Source: a virus
Taxonomy: Duplodnaviria; Heunggongvirae; Uroviricota; Caudoviricetes
Reading direction: 5' to 3' (one strand)
Virus record (IMG/VR): IMGVR_UViG_3300037400_003880
DNA: 64,000 nucleotides
Below are positions 1 through 11,224 of the stretch, one piece after another. Position 1 is the first letter of the stretch. Every line of letters starts with the position of its first letter. The translations under genes and the position numbers were made by a program. The notes beneath the pieces were generated by a model. That model had not been told where the DNA came from and ran no database searches. It worked only from the letters and a program-made list of their open reading frames with translations.

Positions 1-107
1 ATTTTATAATACCAGTAGTGCAAGATATTATAGTTTTGGTTGTTTTACTATAAAGTACGATAAGACTTAATGGTCGACTATGGAGTGGACCGTACTAGAG
101 GAGGCGT

Positions 108-312
108 TATGATAATGTCTGAACACACGATTGCACAGAGCCTTGGAAGACTGCAAACTGCAAAGATCGCCATTGGCGATGCTATCACAGCAAAAGGCGA
201 CACTGTATCTACTGGTGATGGACTAGAAGATTTTCCAGCTGATATTGCAACAATTCCGAGCGGTGGTGGGATATTCAATTTTCACATGCGATTGGCAGTA
301 TCACTAAGTTAA
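108..312 (+). CDS. hypothetical protein (68 aa)
   Basis: ATG follows an AGAGGAGG ribosome-binding site. The ORF is in the track, has no in-frame TAG, and shows no recognisable motif. Confidence 0.4.
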
Positions 313-332
313 GTTCATATAGTCCTAGTTCG

Positions 333-674
333 GTGAGTGTGTATAACCCACGCTCATGCTCAATTAGCGATGCAAGTACTAATTATACAAGTATCATGTT
401 TCCGATTATCACTACAAGTTCTAATGTTTTTATATGTCTCCCTGTTTATATTAACATTGACACTAGCGCACTTAGGGCGTCTGTCTCGTATAATATACCG
501 TCAAATTTTCCATCAGCATATGGGTATAATGAAAACACCATGACATTGTATTCCTACTATAAGAAAGATCCAGCTGCGAACTGCACGGTTGATACTTCAA
601 AGATTAATTTTTCTTTTGATTCACCGAGCAGTAACTTCTTCGGCGATTTTATTCTTAAATTTGATAAAACGTAA
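333..674 (+). CDS. hypothetical protein (start uncertain; GTG at 333 or internal ATG)
   Basis: ORF from the six-frame track. The sequence is low-complexity Ser/Asn/Thr-rich and has no clear ribosome-binding site. Confidence 0.3.
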   Translation: MSVYNPRSCSISDASTNYTSIMFPIITTSSNVFICLPVYINIDTSALRASVSYNIPSNFPSAYGYNENTMTLYSYYKKDPAANCTVDTSKINFSFDSPSSNFFGDFILKFDKT

Positions 675-941
675 CGAATAAATCAAAATGGTAGTAACTA
701 ATGACATCGACTCTCCTGGTCAGCACGTATTGATACGATTACACAGGACATAGCATGTAACAGTATAGCTAAACTGGCAGAATTCTTGGCATCAATTAGA
801 AATATTTAAACTTATCTTAAAAACTTAATAATTTAAAATAAACAAGGGGATGTCAATTTTGATATCCCTATTTCTTTATAAAAGAAATATTTTATTGAAG
901 ATAAAGGTGCTGAAAAATACATAAAAAGTGAGGTGAGAAAA

Positions 942-1109
942 GTGCATAGCTATGAAGAATATAATGAACCAATTCAAAAACTAATTAAAATAATGAAAGA
1001 TGATTATCCTCATGAATTTATTCTTGAAATTAATAGCTTTAGTGCAGAATTAAAATCAAATTTATCTTGCAGAGTTTTTCTTGAGGAAGATGAGAATAAA
1101 GATGAATAA
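942..1109 (+). CDS. small hypothetical protein (55 aa, GTG start)
   Basis: AGTGAGGTGA ribosome-binding site upstream of GTG at 942. The frame runs to TAA at 1107-1109 and the product is acidic. Confidence 0.35.
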   Translation: MHSYEEYNEPIQKLIKIMKDDYPHEFILEINSFSAELKSNLSCRVFLEEDENKDE

Positions 1110-1332
1110 TAATAACAACTTTATAGATTTAATTAATATAGCAAGTTTTCTTTTTGGAATTATAAATTTGTAGGAAAATTTAACCTAGGGTGATAAGCAA
1201 GATATCCTAGATAATTTAAATAAAGAATATAGTTTATTATTAAACAATATTCATTAGCATTTGCAAGAGCAAGACAGAAAAATTGATAAAATTTTAGAAA
1301 TTTTAAAGGAGGAGGATAAAAATGGCCAATGA
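1102..1332 (+). CDS. small membrane protein with 3 in-frame TAG (holin-like or lysis-associated?)
   Basis: ATG at 1102 reads through three TAG codons in frame and ends at TGA 1330-1332, overlapping the next ATG. The N-terminal stretch FIDLINIASFLFGIINL is hydrophobic. Confidence 0.4.
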
Positions 1333-3217
1333 ACAATATATAAGTAAAATTGTTATTGACGGCGAATTGTATGATTTAAAGACAAAATAGTCTGACTGGG
1401 AAGAGTCAAGTTCTACAGATCCCGCATATATTAAAAATAAACCTACTATTGGTACTGCGGCAGAAAGAGGTGTTGATACAGCTCCTACAAGCGGAAGCGA
1501 TAATTTAATTACATCCGGTGCAGTTTATGACGCCATAGATCAAATCCCAAACCCAATGGTTTTTAAGGGAACTGTTGGAACTAATGGGACAACTACTGGA
1601 ACAATTGCAACTCTTCCAACTAATGGCTCCGCTAATATAGGTGATACTTATAAAGTTTTATTTGATGGGACTTATGCCTCTATTGCCGCAAAAGAAGGAG
1701 ATACTTTCATTTGCCTAACAAAAACAAGTAATTCAAATACTTGGGAAATAATTCCATCAGGTGATGAGACTGGTAGCGGTAGCGGAACTGTTACTGCCGT
1801 TCAGGCTGGCGCCGGATTACATGTTGATAATTAGACTTCTGGAGGAACTATTTCTTCACGTGGAACTCTTAATTTGAATTTAAAATCTACTACATAGTCT
1901 TCTTTAACAGCAACGGAAAAAGGTGATGCCTCTAATAGAGAATATGCTGTTGGTTTAGACTCTAATGGAAAACTTTCTGTAAATGTTCCTTGGACAGATA
2001 CGACAGATTATAACAACTTAATTAATACGCCAACTTTGGGAGCGGCTGCATCATTAGATATGGATTCATCTTTGAGTAATACAAGCACAAATCCAGTTTA
2101 GAATAAAGTGATATATACGGCATTACGAAAGTACGTTCCTATAAATGGCTCTAGTATTTTAAATAATTCATTTGAACCCGAAAGAAATGAAAGTGCAGAA
2201 TTAGGTAGCTCATCTTATCAATTTAAACATATTTATGCTAATGAAGGACATTTACAATCTATTTATTTAGCAAATGAAACAACTCCTACAATTACATATA
2301 ATGCATAGAAACATAGAGTTACAATACCTACTGATATTGTTTCTAATACAACGGCAGCAAATGGAACAGTTGCATTATTGAATGCAGTAATGCATCCGGA
2401 AAATGGAGAAACATATAAAGAAGAAAGTATTGTTGGTACTGATTCAATAAAATTCCAATATAAGAAAGGAACTACTAGTGAAATAGGCTATGCAGGTTTT
2501 ATTTTAGGAAATTCAATTGTTGAGGGTGATGAATGGAACGCAAGTGGAGAAATTGCTATTTATAATAAAAATGGTTATTATACTGAAATAATGGCAAATG
2601 AAAATTCTGTAGATAATTATTGGGTAACTTTACCAAATAAAACAGGAACATTAGCTTGTCTTTCAGACATTCGCTCTTATACAGCTGGAAGTGGTTTAAG
2701 TCTCAGTAATAATGAATTTTCACTGTCTGCTCCTGTAAGTATCGCTAATGGAGGTACTGGTGCAACATCTGCTTCTGCCGCGAGAACTAGTCTTGGACTT
2801 GGTACTGCGGCGACGAAAGATTCAACAACAAGTGTCACATCTGGAGGAACAGGCCTTGCGACTAGTGGCGCAGTATATACTTATTCAACGGCATTAACTG
2901 AGATTCCAATTACTGCTGCGACAGGTTTTAGTATTGTTGATAATATATCTAATTATTCGGAAGCTGGAAAACTTGTGACGATAAATGCTACAATAGCATT
3001 GACAGCAGCTTTAAGCGCTGGCACTTCTACAAAAACTATTGCAACATTTAGCTCTTATAAGCCAAAAAATATTGTAATAGCAGCGTGTGCTGAAAATGGT
3101 TCGTATAAAACATTATGTTGTTATATAACAACAGCAGGTAATATACAAATTGCAGGATATCCAGATATTGCCAGTGGGAAATATATTCGTGTTTCTGTAT
3201 CATATAGAATTACTTAA
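1322..3217 (+). CDS. tail fibre-like protein (about 631 aa when TAG is translated)
   Basis: AAGGAGGAGG ribosome-binding site, then ATG at 1322. One frame joins track ORFs 1556-1834, 2108-2308 and 2378-3217 across five TAG codons, with no TAA or TGA before 3215-3217. Gly/Thr/Ser-rich fibre-like repeats are present (SGAVYDAIDQ, TSGAVYTYSTALTEIPITAATGF). Confidence 0.65.
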
Positions 3218-3261
3218 TATATTTAATAAATATGTTAAAAATATATGGAGGTAGATTTAAA

Positions 3262-4038
3262 ATGAAAGGTATTGACGTAAGTTTTTGTTAGTCTGATGTT
3301 ATTGATTGGCAAGCCGTGAAAAACTCAGGCTATGGCGATTTTGTAATGATTCGTGCTGGCTATGGAAGAGTAGCTTCTCAAAAAGATGTTCGGTTCGAAA
3401 AACATTATGCTAACGCAAAAGCAGCAGGCATCCCAGTGGGAGCATATTGGTATTCTTATGCTACTACCCCTGATGAAGCACGTCTTGAAGCACAAGTTTG
3501 TCTTTCTATTATTAAAGGAAAACAATTTGAATTTCCTATTTATTTTGATTTAGAGGAACAAAGAGCTTTTAACACAGGAAAAGCAAATTGTTCTGCTATG
3601 ATTCGTGCTTTTTGCGGCGAGCTTGAAAAAGCCGGATATTTCGCTGGCGTTTACATAAGCCGTGGACCATTTATGTCTTATACAGAGCAGGACATTAGAG
3701 TAAGATATGCTCTTTGGCTTGCAGAATGGGGTAGCAGACTTAATTATTCTGGCTCAGTTGGAATTTGGCAATTCTCTGATAAAGGGAGGGTTCCTGGAGT
3801 TGATGGTTACGTTGATTTGGACGAGTGCTATGTTGATTATTCTAAGGTTATTAAAGAGAATGGATTTAATGGCTTTGAAAAACCAGTTCTGCCGCCATCT
3901 GAAGAAGGCATAGAATTGCCTTATGTTCCTAATATGACTGCATCAGATGTTCAAACTTATTTAAACTGGTGCGCTGAAAAAGGAGCAGGAAATTATAAGG
4001 ATAATGCAGAAGATTTTAAAAAGTTTTTAAATAAATAA
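3262..4038 (+). CDS. endolysin, GH25 family lysozyme (muramidase); one in-frame TAG
   Basis: GGAGG ribosome-binding site. The N-terminus MKGIDVSFC-TAG-SDVIDWQAVKNSGYGDFVMIRAGYG is the canonical GH25 opening (GIDVS..IDW..VK..G..FxxIRAGYG). The TAG falls where many GH25 enzymes have the Gln of the DVSHWQG motif. Continues into track ORF 3316-4038. Confidence 0.85.
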
Positions 4039-4169
4039 AAAAGAAATAAAATGTAATTTATGTCTGGCTCAAAACGATATCCCATCAAATTGTTTTACAA
4101 ACTACATTTTACTATAACGCCGCTAGAATAAGTTCTGGCGGCGCTCTTTATACAGTTGGAGGTTATATA

Positions 4170-4841
4170 ATGAAAAGAGATTGCTAGTGTAATCATCAAG
4201 CAAGGAACGTCAGTTTTGATGATACCATTAATTTATTTAAGAACACTTCTTCTGAGATGATAAGAAATGTTCAAAATGCTATTGAGATACTTGCTGGTGG
4301 ATAGGGTGATGGATAGGGAAGTAGCTTTATCACTAAGGACGTGGCTGATGAGCTATATTTAACAAAAGAAGAGTGGGGTGATTTTATGAATAATTATAAT
4401 TCTAAACTGGATGTTATTATTTAGAAACTTGATGTTATTATTTCTAATATGTCTACTGGTAAAAAAGTTAGACATATTACTTAGAGAGCCTATGATTATC
4501 TTGATACTCACAATGCTCTTGAAGAGGATAAGTATGTTTATTTAGTTGATAATAATGGAGTATGTAGACCAGATATTGACGGAGACGGCGTTGTTAGTAT
4601 AAGTGACGCTCAGGCTATTTCTGTTGCAGCAACAACAATTGGCTCTGGCGGTGATCCTGGATTGACACCTTGGCAATACTTGTGTGCTGATATTAATGAA
4701 GATGATGCTATAAATTCATCTGATGCCGCTGAAGCTTTGATATTTGTAACTGGGGTTGGAGCAGGAGATTATAAAGATACAGAAGAAGGCTGGAGAGAAT
4801 TCTTAATTGAAAGAGGGATAAGAGAGAGGGGTGATGATTAA
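4170..4841 (+). CDS. dockerin-domain protein (224 aa, 6 in-frame TAG)
   Basis: GGAGG ribosome-binding site, then ATG at 4170. Translated with TAG as sense it gives two dockerin type-I calcium-binding repeats (DIDGDGVVSISDAQAI and ADINEDDAINSSDAAEAL). Stop TAA at 4839-4841 overlaps the next ATG. Confidence 0.65.
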
Positions 4842-6061
4842 TGCCACTGAGTCCGGATAAAGTAGAACAATTAAATGGGGTTACTGTAAAAACTTATTTG
4901 TTAACATAGCATAATCCAAATAAAATTGCTATGCCATCAATTGGAATGTCATCCCCCATTGGTGTAACAATTCATAATACCGGCGCAATCAGTGTTGCCT
5001 CAAATACGACCCCGGCAGAACAATATACTCGTGCTACAGTAAATGGAAATATGAACGATGTCAGGGTTCATTTCTATGTAGATGATACTTGTGCATGGCA
5101 GAATCTTCCGTTAAATCTTTCTGGCTGGCACGCGGCAGATGGTTCTGGAAATGGTAATAGAAGAACAATTGCTTTTGAAGTAATTGGTAATTCTACTAAA
5201 GCAGAGGAAAACGCTGCAAAACTTGCCGCTTATTTTTTAAAGAAGTATAATAAAACAGTTGATAATGGCTTGTTCACACATACTCATTGGCTTAATGTAA
5301 GAGATGGAAAAACTGGCTCAATTGATTATTTAAATACTGCTTCTAATAAGTATAAGATGTGTCCAATATATATCTTGCCGCACTGGGTAACGTTTAAGGC
5401 TAATGTAAAAACTGAACTTACCAAATTAAATGGTGGCGCAGCACCACAAGAGCCTAAACCTGTTATAGCAAAAGTATATAGGATTAGAAAATCTTGGGAT
5501 GATATTAAATCTTAGATTGGTGCTTATGCAAACTTTGATAATGCGAAGAACGCTTGGAAAGAAGGATATATTATTTATGATCCAGATGGTAATGCAGTTT
5601 ATCCTGTAGCGGTAGGAATTACAGCATCTTCTAAAGTAGAAGAAAAAGTTGCTGATATTGATGTAACTTATAGAGTTTATGCTAAAAATAGATGGCTCCC
5701 TGAAGTTAAAAATTTAGAAGATTATGCTGGAATCAAGGGATTTCCAATGAGTGCAGTAATGATTAAAACAAGTAAGGGGCAAGTTAGATATCGTGTTCAT
5801 CAGCGTAATTCTAATTGGATGTCTTGGATAAATGCCTATAATATTAATGATATTATGAAAGGTCTTGCAGGAATGCCTGGATTAGCATTTGATGGAATTC
5901 AAATTTAGTTAAATGGTATAGATGGTTATGATATAAAATATCGTACTTCTCCAATTGGCGGAGAATATTATCCGTGGGTATATGGTAGTAATATTAATGA
6001 TTTTGCTGGATATGCTGGAAAATATCTTGATAGGCTTGAAATTGAAATTATAAAAAAGTAA
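4841..6061 (+). CDS. endolysin, N-acetylmuramoyl-L-alanine amidase (Amidase_2/PGRP) with C-terminal Trp-rich wall-binding repeats; 4 in-frame TAG
   Basis: Contains track ORF 4931-5515 (NTGAISVASNTTPAEQYTRATVNGN..GWHAADGSGNGN..AFEVIGN..THTHW, a zinc-amidase signature). The C-terminus has repeats YRVYAKNRWLPEV and RYRVHQRNSNWMSWIN (ChW-like). Confidence 0.8.
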
Positions 6062-6211
6062 GATAGCTTTATAATAGGAAGATACTAGATATCTTCCTAT
6101 CTTTTTTTACTTTATAATAGAATCTTAAGGACTTGACTTTTTAATAGTCTTGTGCTATAATTAAAATAGAATAAGTAGGAAAACTACTAAATAGAAGAAG
6201 GAGGGGTATGA

Positions 6212-6511
6212 ATGTTAAATGCAAGTACAATATTAGGTGGGCTCGGAGCTTTGGCGGCAATAGTTAATGTGATTGTAGAATTATCTAAAGCTTTTATCCC
6301 AAAAAAAGTGCCAACTTAGTTAGTTACAATTATTGTTAGTTTAATTGTTTGTCTTGTTTTTGTTTTTCTTTTTTGCGAAATAGGAATTAAAACAATTATT
6401 TTTGGTATTTTTATGACCCCAATTGTAGCTTTTACAAGTATGAATGGTTTTGATACTTTAACTAAACTATGGAAAAGATTTCAACTTGATCAGAAAGAAG
6501 ATGATAAATAA
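6212..6511 (+). CDS. holin (99 aa, 1 in-frame TAG)
   Basis: AGGAGGGG ribosome-binding site. The product has two or three predicted transmembrane helices and a charged C-terminal tail (KLWKRFQLDQKEDDK), and sits in the lysis cassette. Confidence 0.6.
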
Positions 6512-9500
6512 TGCCAAATATAAGTTATTAGACAGAAAATAAATATATAGACTCTTATGGCGATGTTTATTATTTATTAAATACCCTAATAGGTTATGGA
6601 TTATCTCGTGCTATTATGATGATGATGAGAGAGGGCGAGAAAATCAGTGAAGATTTAAGAAGTGAACTTATTAAGAAAATTGATATTGATAATTTTCAAA
6701 TACCAGATAGTTGGAATCTTTCTGTAAAAAAGATAGAAAAAGATATTGAGGATACAGTTAACGATACTTAGCTTGGAGATATTTTTATAGGAGATATAAA
6801 AAAAGGAAATGCAGGAGTTAATTTTACAAATTGTCTGGTAGAAGAAGATACAGATGGTACAAAAAAGGTTGTAAAACCTTGGAAAAATTTTACTCATTAG
6901 ACTTATCGAGAAGTAAGAAATTATGACGCATATATCAGAAAAAATAATAAATGGAAAGAAACTCCAGAATTATTGGCGGGAGAAAACCTCGATTTTACTA
7001 ATTATTATGGAGAGAATTTTAAACAAGATCTTGAAGAAAGACTGGGCTTAAATCTTTTAATGCCGTAGTATAACAGAGTTGTATAGATAGAAGATTTAAA
7101 TAGGAATTTTTGGGTAATTAGTTAGGTTTTATCAGGATTATCTTCTTTTTTGTTTGGGCCGAGCAAGATAGGTGATATACTAAAAGAATTAATTTTAGAA
7201 ATCGCTCATTTATGGTCTAATGTTGCACTCTTATGGCTTATATCAGAAGGGGAAGATGATGCACTATTTGATACATATTATGAATTTGCTACTTTAAATA
7301 ATCAAGGCTTTATGCACATGAATTATGATTCTTATAATTCACAGTCTCTTGATGATCGAATTAGAGATTTGTTTGATGCAGTTAAAGAGTCTCATCCGCG
7401 AGGTCATATTGTTCTTTTAGTTGAAGTGCGAGACAAGCATTACTGGGAAAATTACTATGCTCAGGTTTCTTATAAGCTATGCGTATTTTCTCGTTATGAT
7501 GGTCATGAATGGATTGTTGACTTATCTTTTAATAAAGGCGATGTTACTTTAGGAGAAGATGGCACTAATGAAGGTATCTTAGCAGAAAATGAAAATGGGC
7601 GTTTAATTACAGAAGGTAATGCAACTCATAATTATTTAAGGAGTACTGAGTTTAGAAAAAATAGTTGTGCATATAGGAGAGATGGAGATAAGTATTCTTT
7701 CATTTATCCGTTTATTAGTCTTACAAATATGAAAAATGATTGGGATTATATGCTTAATTTAAGAATTGTCCCATCAATTGAATTGGTAAATTTTGTAGAC
7801 ATAAATGGTGTGCAAACTCCACAGTTAAAAATTAGCTTTTTAATAGAAGATGTTGGATATGAAATGTATTCTGGAGAAACTTCAGTAATTTATAAAGCAA
7901 CAACAACAAATGAAGTTGTTTTAATAGAAGATTCAATTACGTTAAATCTTGAAAAATAGGATTTTACTAGAATTAACCCTAATAGAGAAAAATTTTTCTC
8001 TAAAACTGGCGGCTATCGAGGAGAGAATTTAACTTGTTTCTTTCTTAACACTTTAATTGCATTAAATTTCAGTGTAGTAGAGCTTCCAATGCCAGGCTTT
8101 ACACGAACTTCTATCTAGCATATTGATAATAATGGAAATAGAGCAATTCCTATTGAGCTTGATTTTCCTAATTATATTAATGATAATGGTAATATTTTTT
8201 CAAGTGCACAAGGCGTTATAAATAGGACTAAAAATTTCTTAACTAATGTTCTTAAAAATTATGTTGATGAAGAACAAGAATCATTTCAGGAAGCTCTCAA
8301 TGAAATGCCTGATGAATTAAAAGTACAATTATTAGATGAAAACTAGAAGCTTAAGACAGAAGATGATGCTTTAGACGTTATTATTATTACTTGCAAATAT
8401 CCATATAGATTGTGGCATTACAATCAAGATGAATCTTATGAAAATATTTTTTATGATTATGACGAAGAGAATAACAAAATTTAGAAGATTAAAATTACTC
8501 ACGGCGGTCTGAAAAAGAGAGGCAATGGAAGAAAAGAAGGCGAATATGTAGTATATGATGGAGATATAGATAATGCGGGTAATGTATTAAACTACGCTAT
8601 GAGTAATCTTGGATATTACCTTCTCATTTGTAAAAAGAAAAAATCTACTAATGGCAGATATTATTATGAGTGCGCCGCCATTGAAGATTACTATTATATT
8701 TTCACCCTTCCAGAAGAGCTTATTAACTATGCTGGCGTCTATGAAGATCCCGTAAAATTAGGTATCTTTAGAAATGAAGACCCAATTCTCTTTTAGAGTC
8801 CAGATGGGAAAAATTGGATTATTAAATGGGTAAGAATTTCTGGTGGACTTATTGGTTTTCAATGGAGAGATAAAGATTTTATCTGGTATGGAAAAAACGG
8901 ATTAAGCACTAATGGTAATAATGATTCCTCACGTGACGCTTATGTTAGAAACGAAGGCTCCGTAAGAGTTCTTCAGTATAATAATGATGATGATGATATT
9001 ACCAGAGTTAATCTATTTAAAACATTTAATGATGAAGTTACAGAAGCATATCCTGATTTAGTAACTGAAGAAAAATTCAGTACTAATTTAACAGGATAGA
9101 ATAAGGAATTAAAAGGGATTATAGGAAGAGTATAGACTAATTACATAAGCTTTTCGATGTCAGAAGAAGATGAGGAAAAAGTATCTTGGTGTGCAAGAAT
9201 GTAGTCACGAAACACTGATTTGTATGAAAGATTTTATTTAGATGCGAGAGTCGATTCTCCAAATGGGATGAGAGATTTTGGGAACTATTATGAAGATTAG
9301 TGGTAGGATGTTAATAATCTTTTATGGGCACCGGGACAATCTAGATATGAATATGTAGATTAGTGTTTAAATTGGTCTGCCGGCACATTAAAAAAGACCT
9401 CTGATGAAGCTGGTAATTATAAAGATGGCGGTTGGAGATTGTTTGGAACATGGTATCTTAAAACAGGTGAGACAATGCCTGGAGAAGAGAATGATAATGC

Positions 9501-9615
9501 TAGTGCAGCATTTGCTGATATGGAAGCAGCCATTGAAACAGATTATGTATTAATGAGTAAACTTCCTATATATGATTATAGCGTAGATCCTTCTACCGGA
9601 ATTACGGAGGGATAA
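6511..9615 (+). CDS. very large hypothetical protein (about 1034 aa, about 17 in-frame TAG); paralog family member A
   Basis: ATG overlaps the holin stop. A single frame runs through track ORFs 7150-7959 and 8599-8796 to TAA 9613-9615 and contains only TAG stops. Carries the motif EDLNRNFWVIS. Confidence 0.55.
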
Positions 9616-9616
9616 A

Positions 9617-11224
9617 ATGGCAGATATAATTAGTTTACAAGAAATTCTTGATGAATGTTATAGTAATAAAGAGAGTCGTGAACGTCTTGACTTATTGCTA
9701 TCTTCAATAAAGGTTTTCTTTAATTAGATTTATGATCGTTTTTCTGGAAATGACTCTGGTGGAGTTAATCTCTAGATAAAAAAGAATATCAATTCTGAGA
9801 TTAATGATAGTTACTATCAAGACATTAAAAAATCTGATTTAACTGACCTTGAAGAAGGAAATGAAGCTTCTTAGCAAGTTTATTCAGAAGTTGGATCATG
9901 GAATCATAGTGTTGTTGATTTATTGAATGATGTTCTTTTAATAACTAAAGAGGGCGATTCTACCTATAAAGTAATTGAAAATGAGTATGAAGATGATAAG
10001 GGAACTTATAAAATAATTTTCTATAAGGGAGAAAATGAAGATGTTGGAGTTCCCTTTCATGGCGCCATTAAGGTTGATATGCCAGAGGATTAGAAAATTA
10101 TTTATAAAGGTAAGGAATATGCTTTATATTATAGAATAAAAGACATATCTAAAGCAGACGCGGGAGCATCATTTAATAGAGAAGACGGCATTCCCTGGGT
10201 CATTCCATTTCACAATAATAATGGAGATATATATACTTCTGTTAGAACAGATGAAATTCTATCTGCTTTAGAGTATACTGACTATTTAAAACAAACTTAC
10301 GATGAGATTAAAAATGATATAAATAAAAACTATGTAAATTTATTAACTGATTTATATTAGAGACAAGTTGAAGTTGAAGATTTAGATAGAGACTTTTGGG
10401 TTATTAGTGAAGTAATCACTGCAATACTTAATTATTTATTTAACAACAATGGTCTGTTTGGAATTTAGAAAGGAATTTTAAATGAGATAGCATAGCTATG
10501 GTAGAATATTATTTATCTATGGTCTTTGCATGAGAAAATGAATGAAAAACCAGAAGGGCTTTATACTCACAAAGAGTTCATTTATATTGGGAGGAATTTA
10601 CGATATGGCCAATTTAGATATGATTTAGGCGGCGAGGACGATGAAGAATCAATTAAAGACTATCTTAGATAGTACAAAAAATCATATTTAAGTTGTAACT
10701 TAGTTTTAATTCCAATTGTTCGTAAAGATTATTATGAAGAAAATTTCTATCAGACAGAAAAAATTCCTTTTATTTATTATTATGACAGAGAAAAAGATGA
10801 AGAAACTTTTGTCCGCTTCAAATGGAATCCTGAAGTGCTGGAGGATAAAGCTTTTCCAATTATCACTGAAAACAAGCTCGAATTAAAAATAGATACTTTT
10901 TCTGATTTATTAGAAAATCATTATTACACTGATAATAATGAAGACTGGGAATAGATTCTAAGTCCTGATTCCGGACAATACCAACTGCTTAAAATTTCGC
11001 CATATTTTACAGAAAATGGTGTAATGTTAAAAGTATAGACGATTGAGCAAGGATCAAGATTGACTCGTTGTGAAATTTCTTTTTCTACAAATTTAAATGA
11101 TAAAGACTCTGAAAACAGAATGATAGTAAGATGTGTTTTAGTTAATGAATAGATCTCTATAGCAGAACCCGTTCAGGTGTCCTACTATTAGGGTGAACTA
11201 TTGAGTAAAAGGAGTGAAGATTAA
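9617..11224 (+). CDS. large hypothetical protein (535 aa, about 13 TAG); paralog B (EDLDRDFWVISEV)
   Basis: ATG at 9617 lies 2 nt after the previous stop. The frame stays open through TAGs to TAA 11222-11224. Confidence 0.55.

Noticed and set aside
2-69. Possible 3' end of a gene entering the window in frame 2 (…FYNTSSARYYSFGCFTIKYDKT*)
   Set aside because: Only 22 codons are visible and no context is available.
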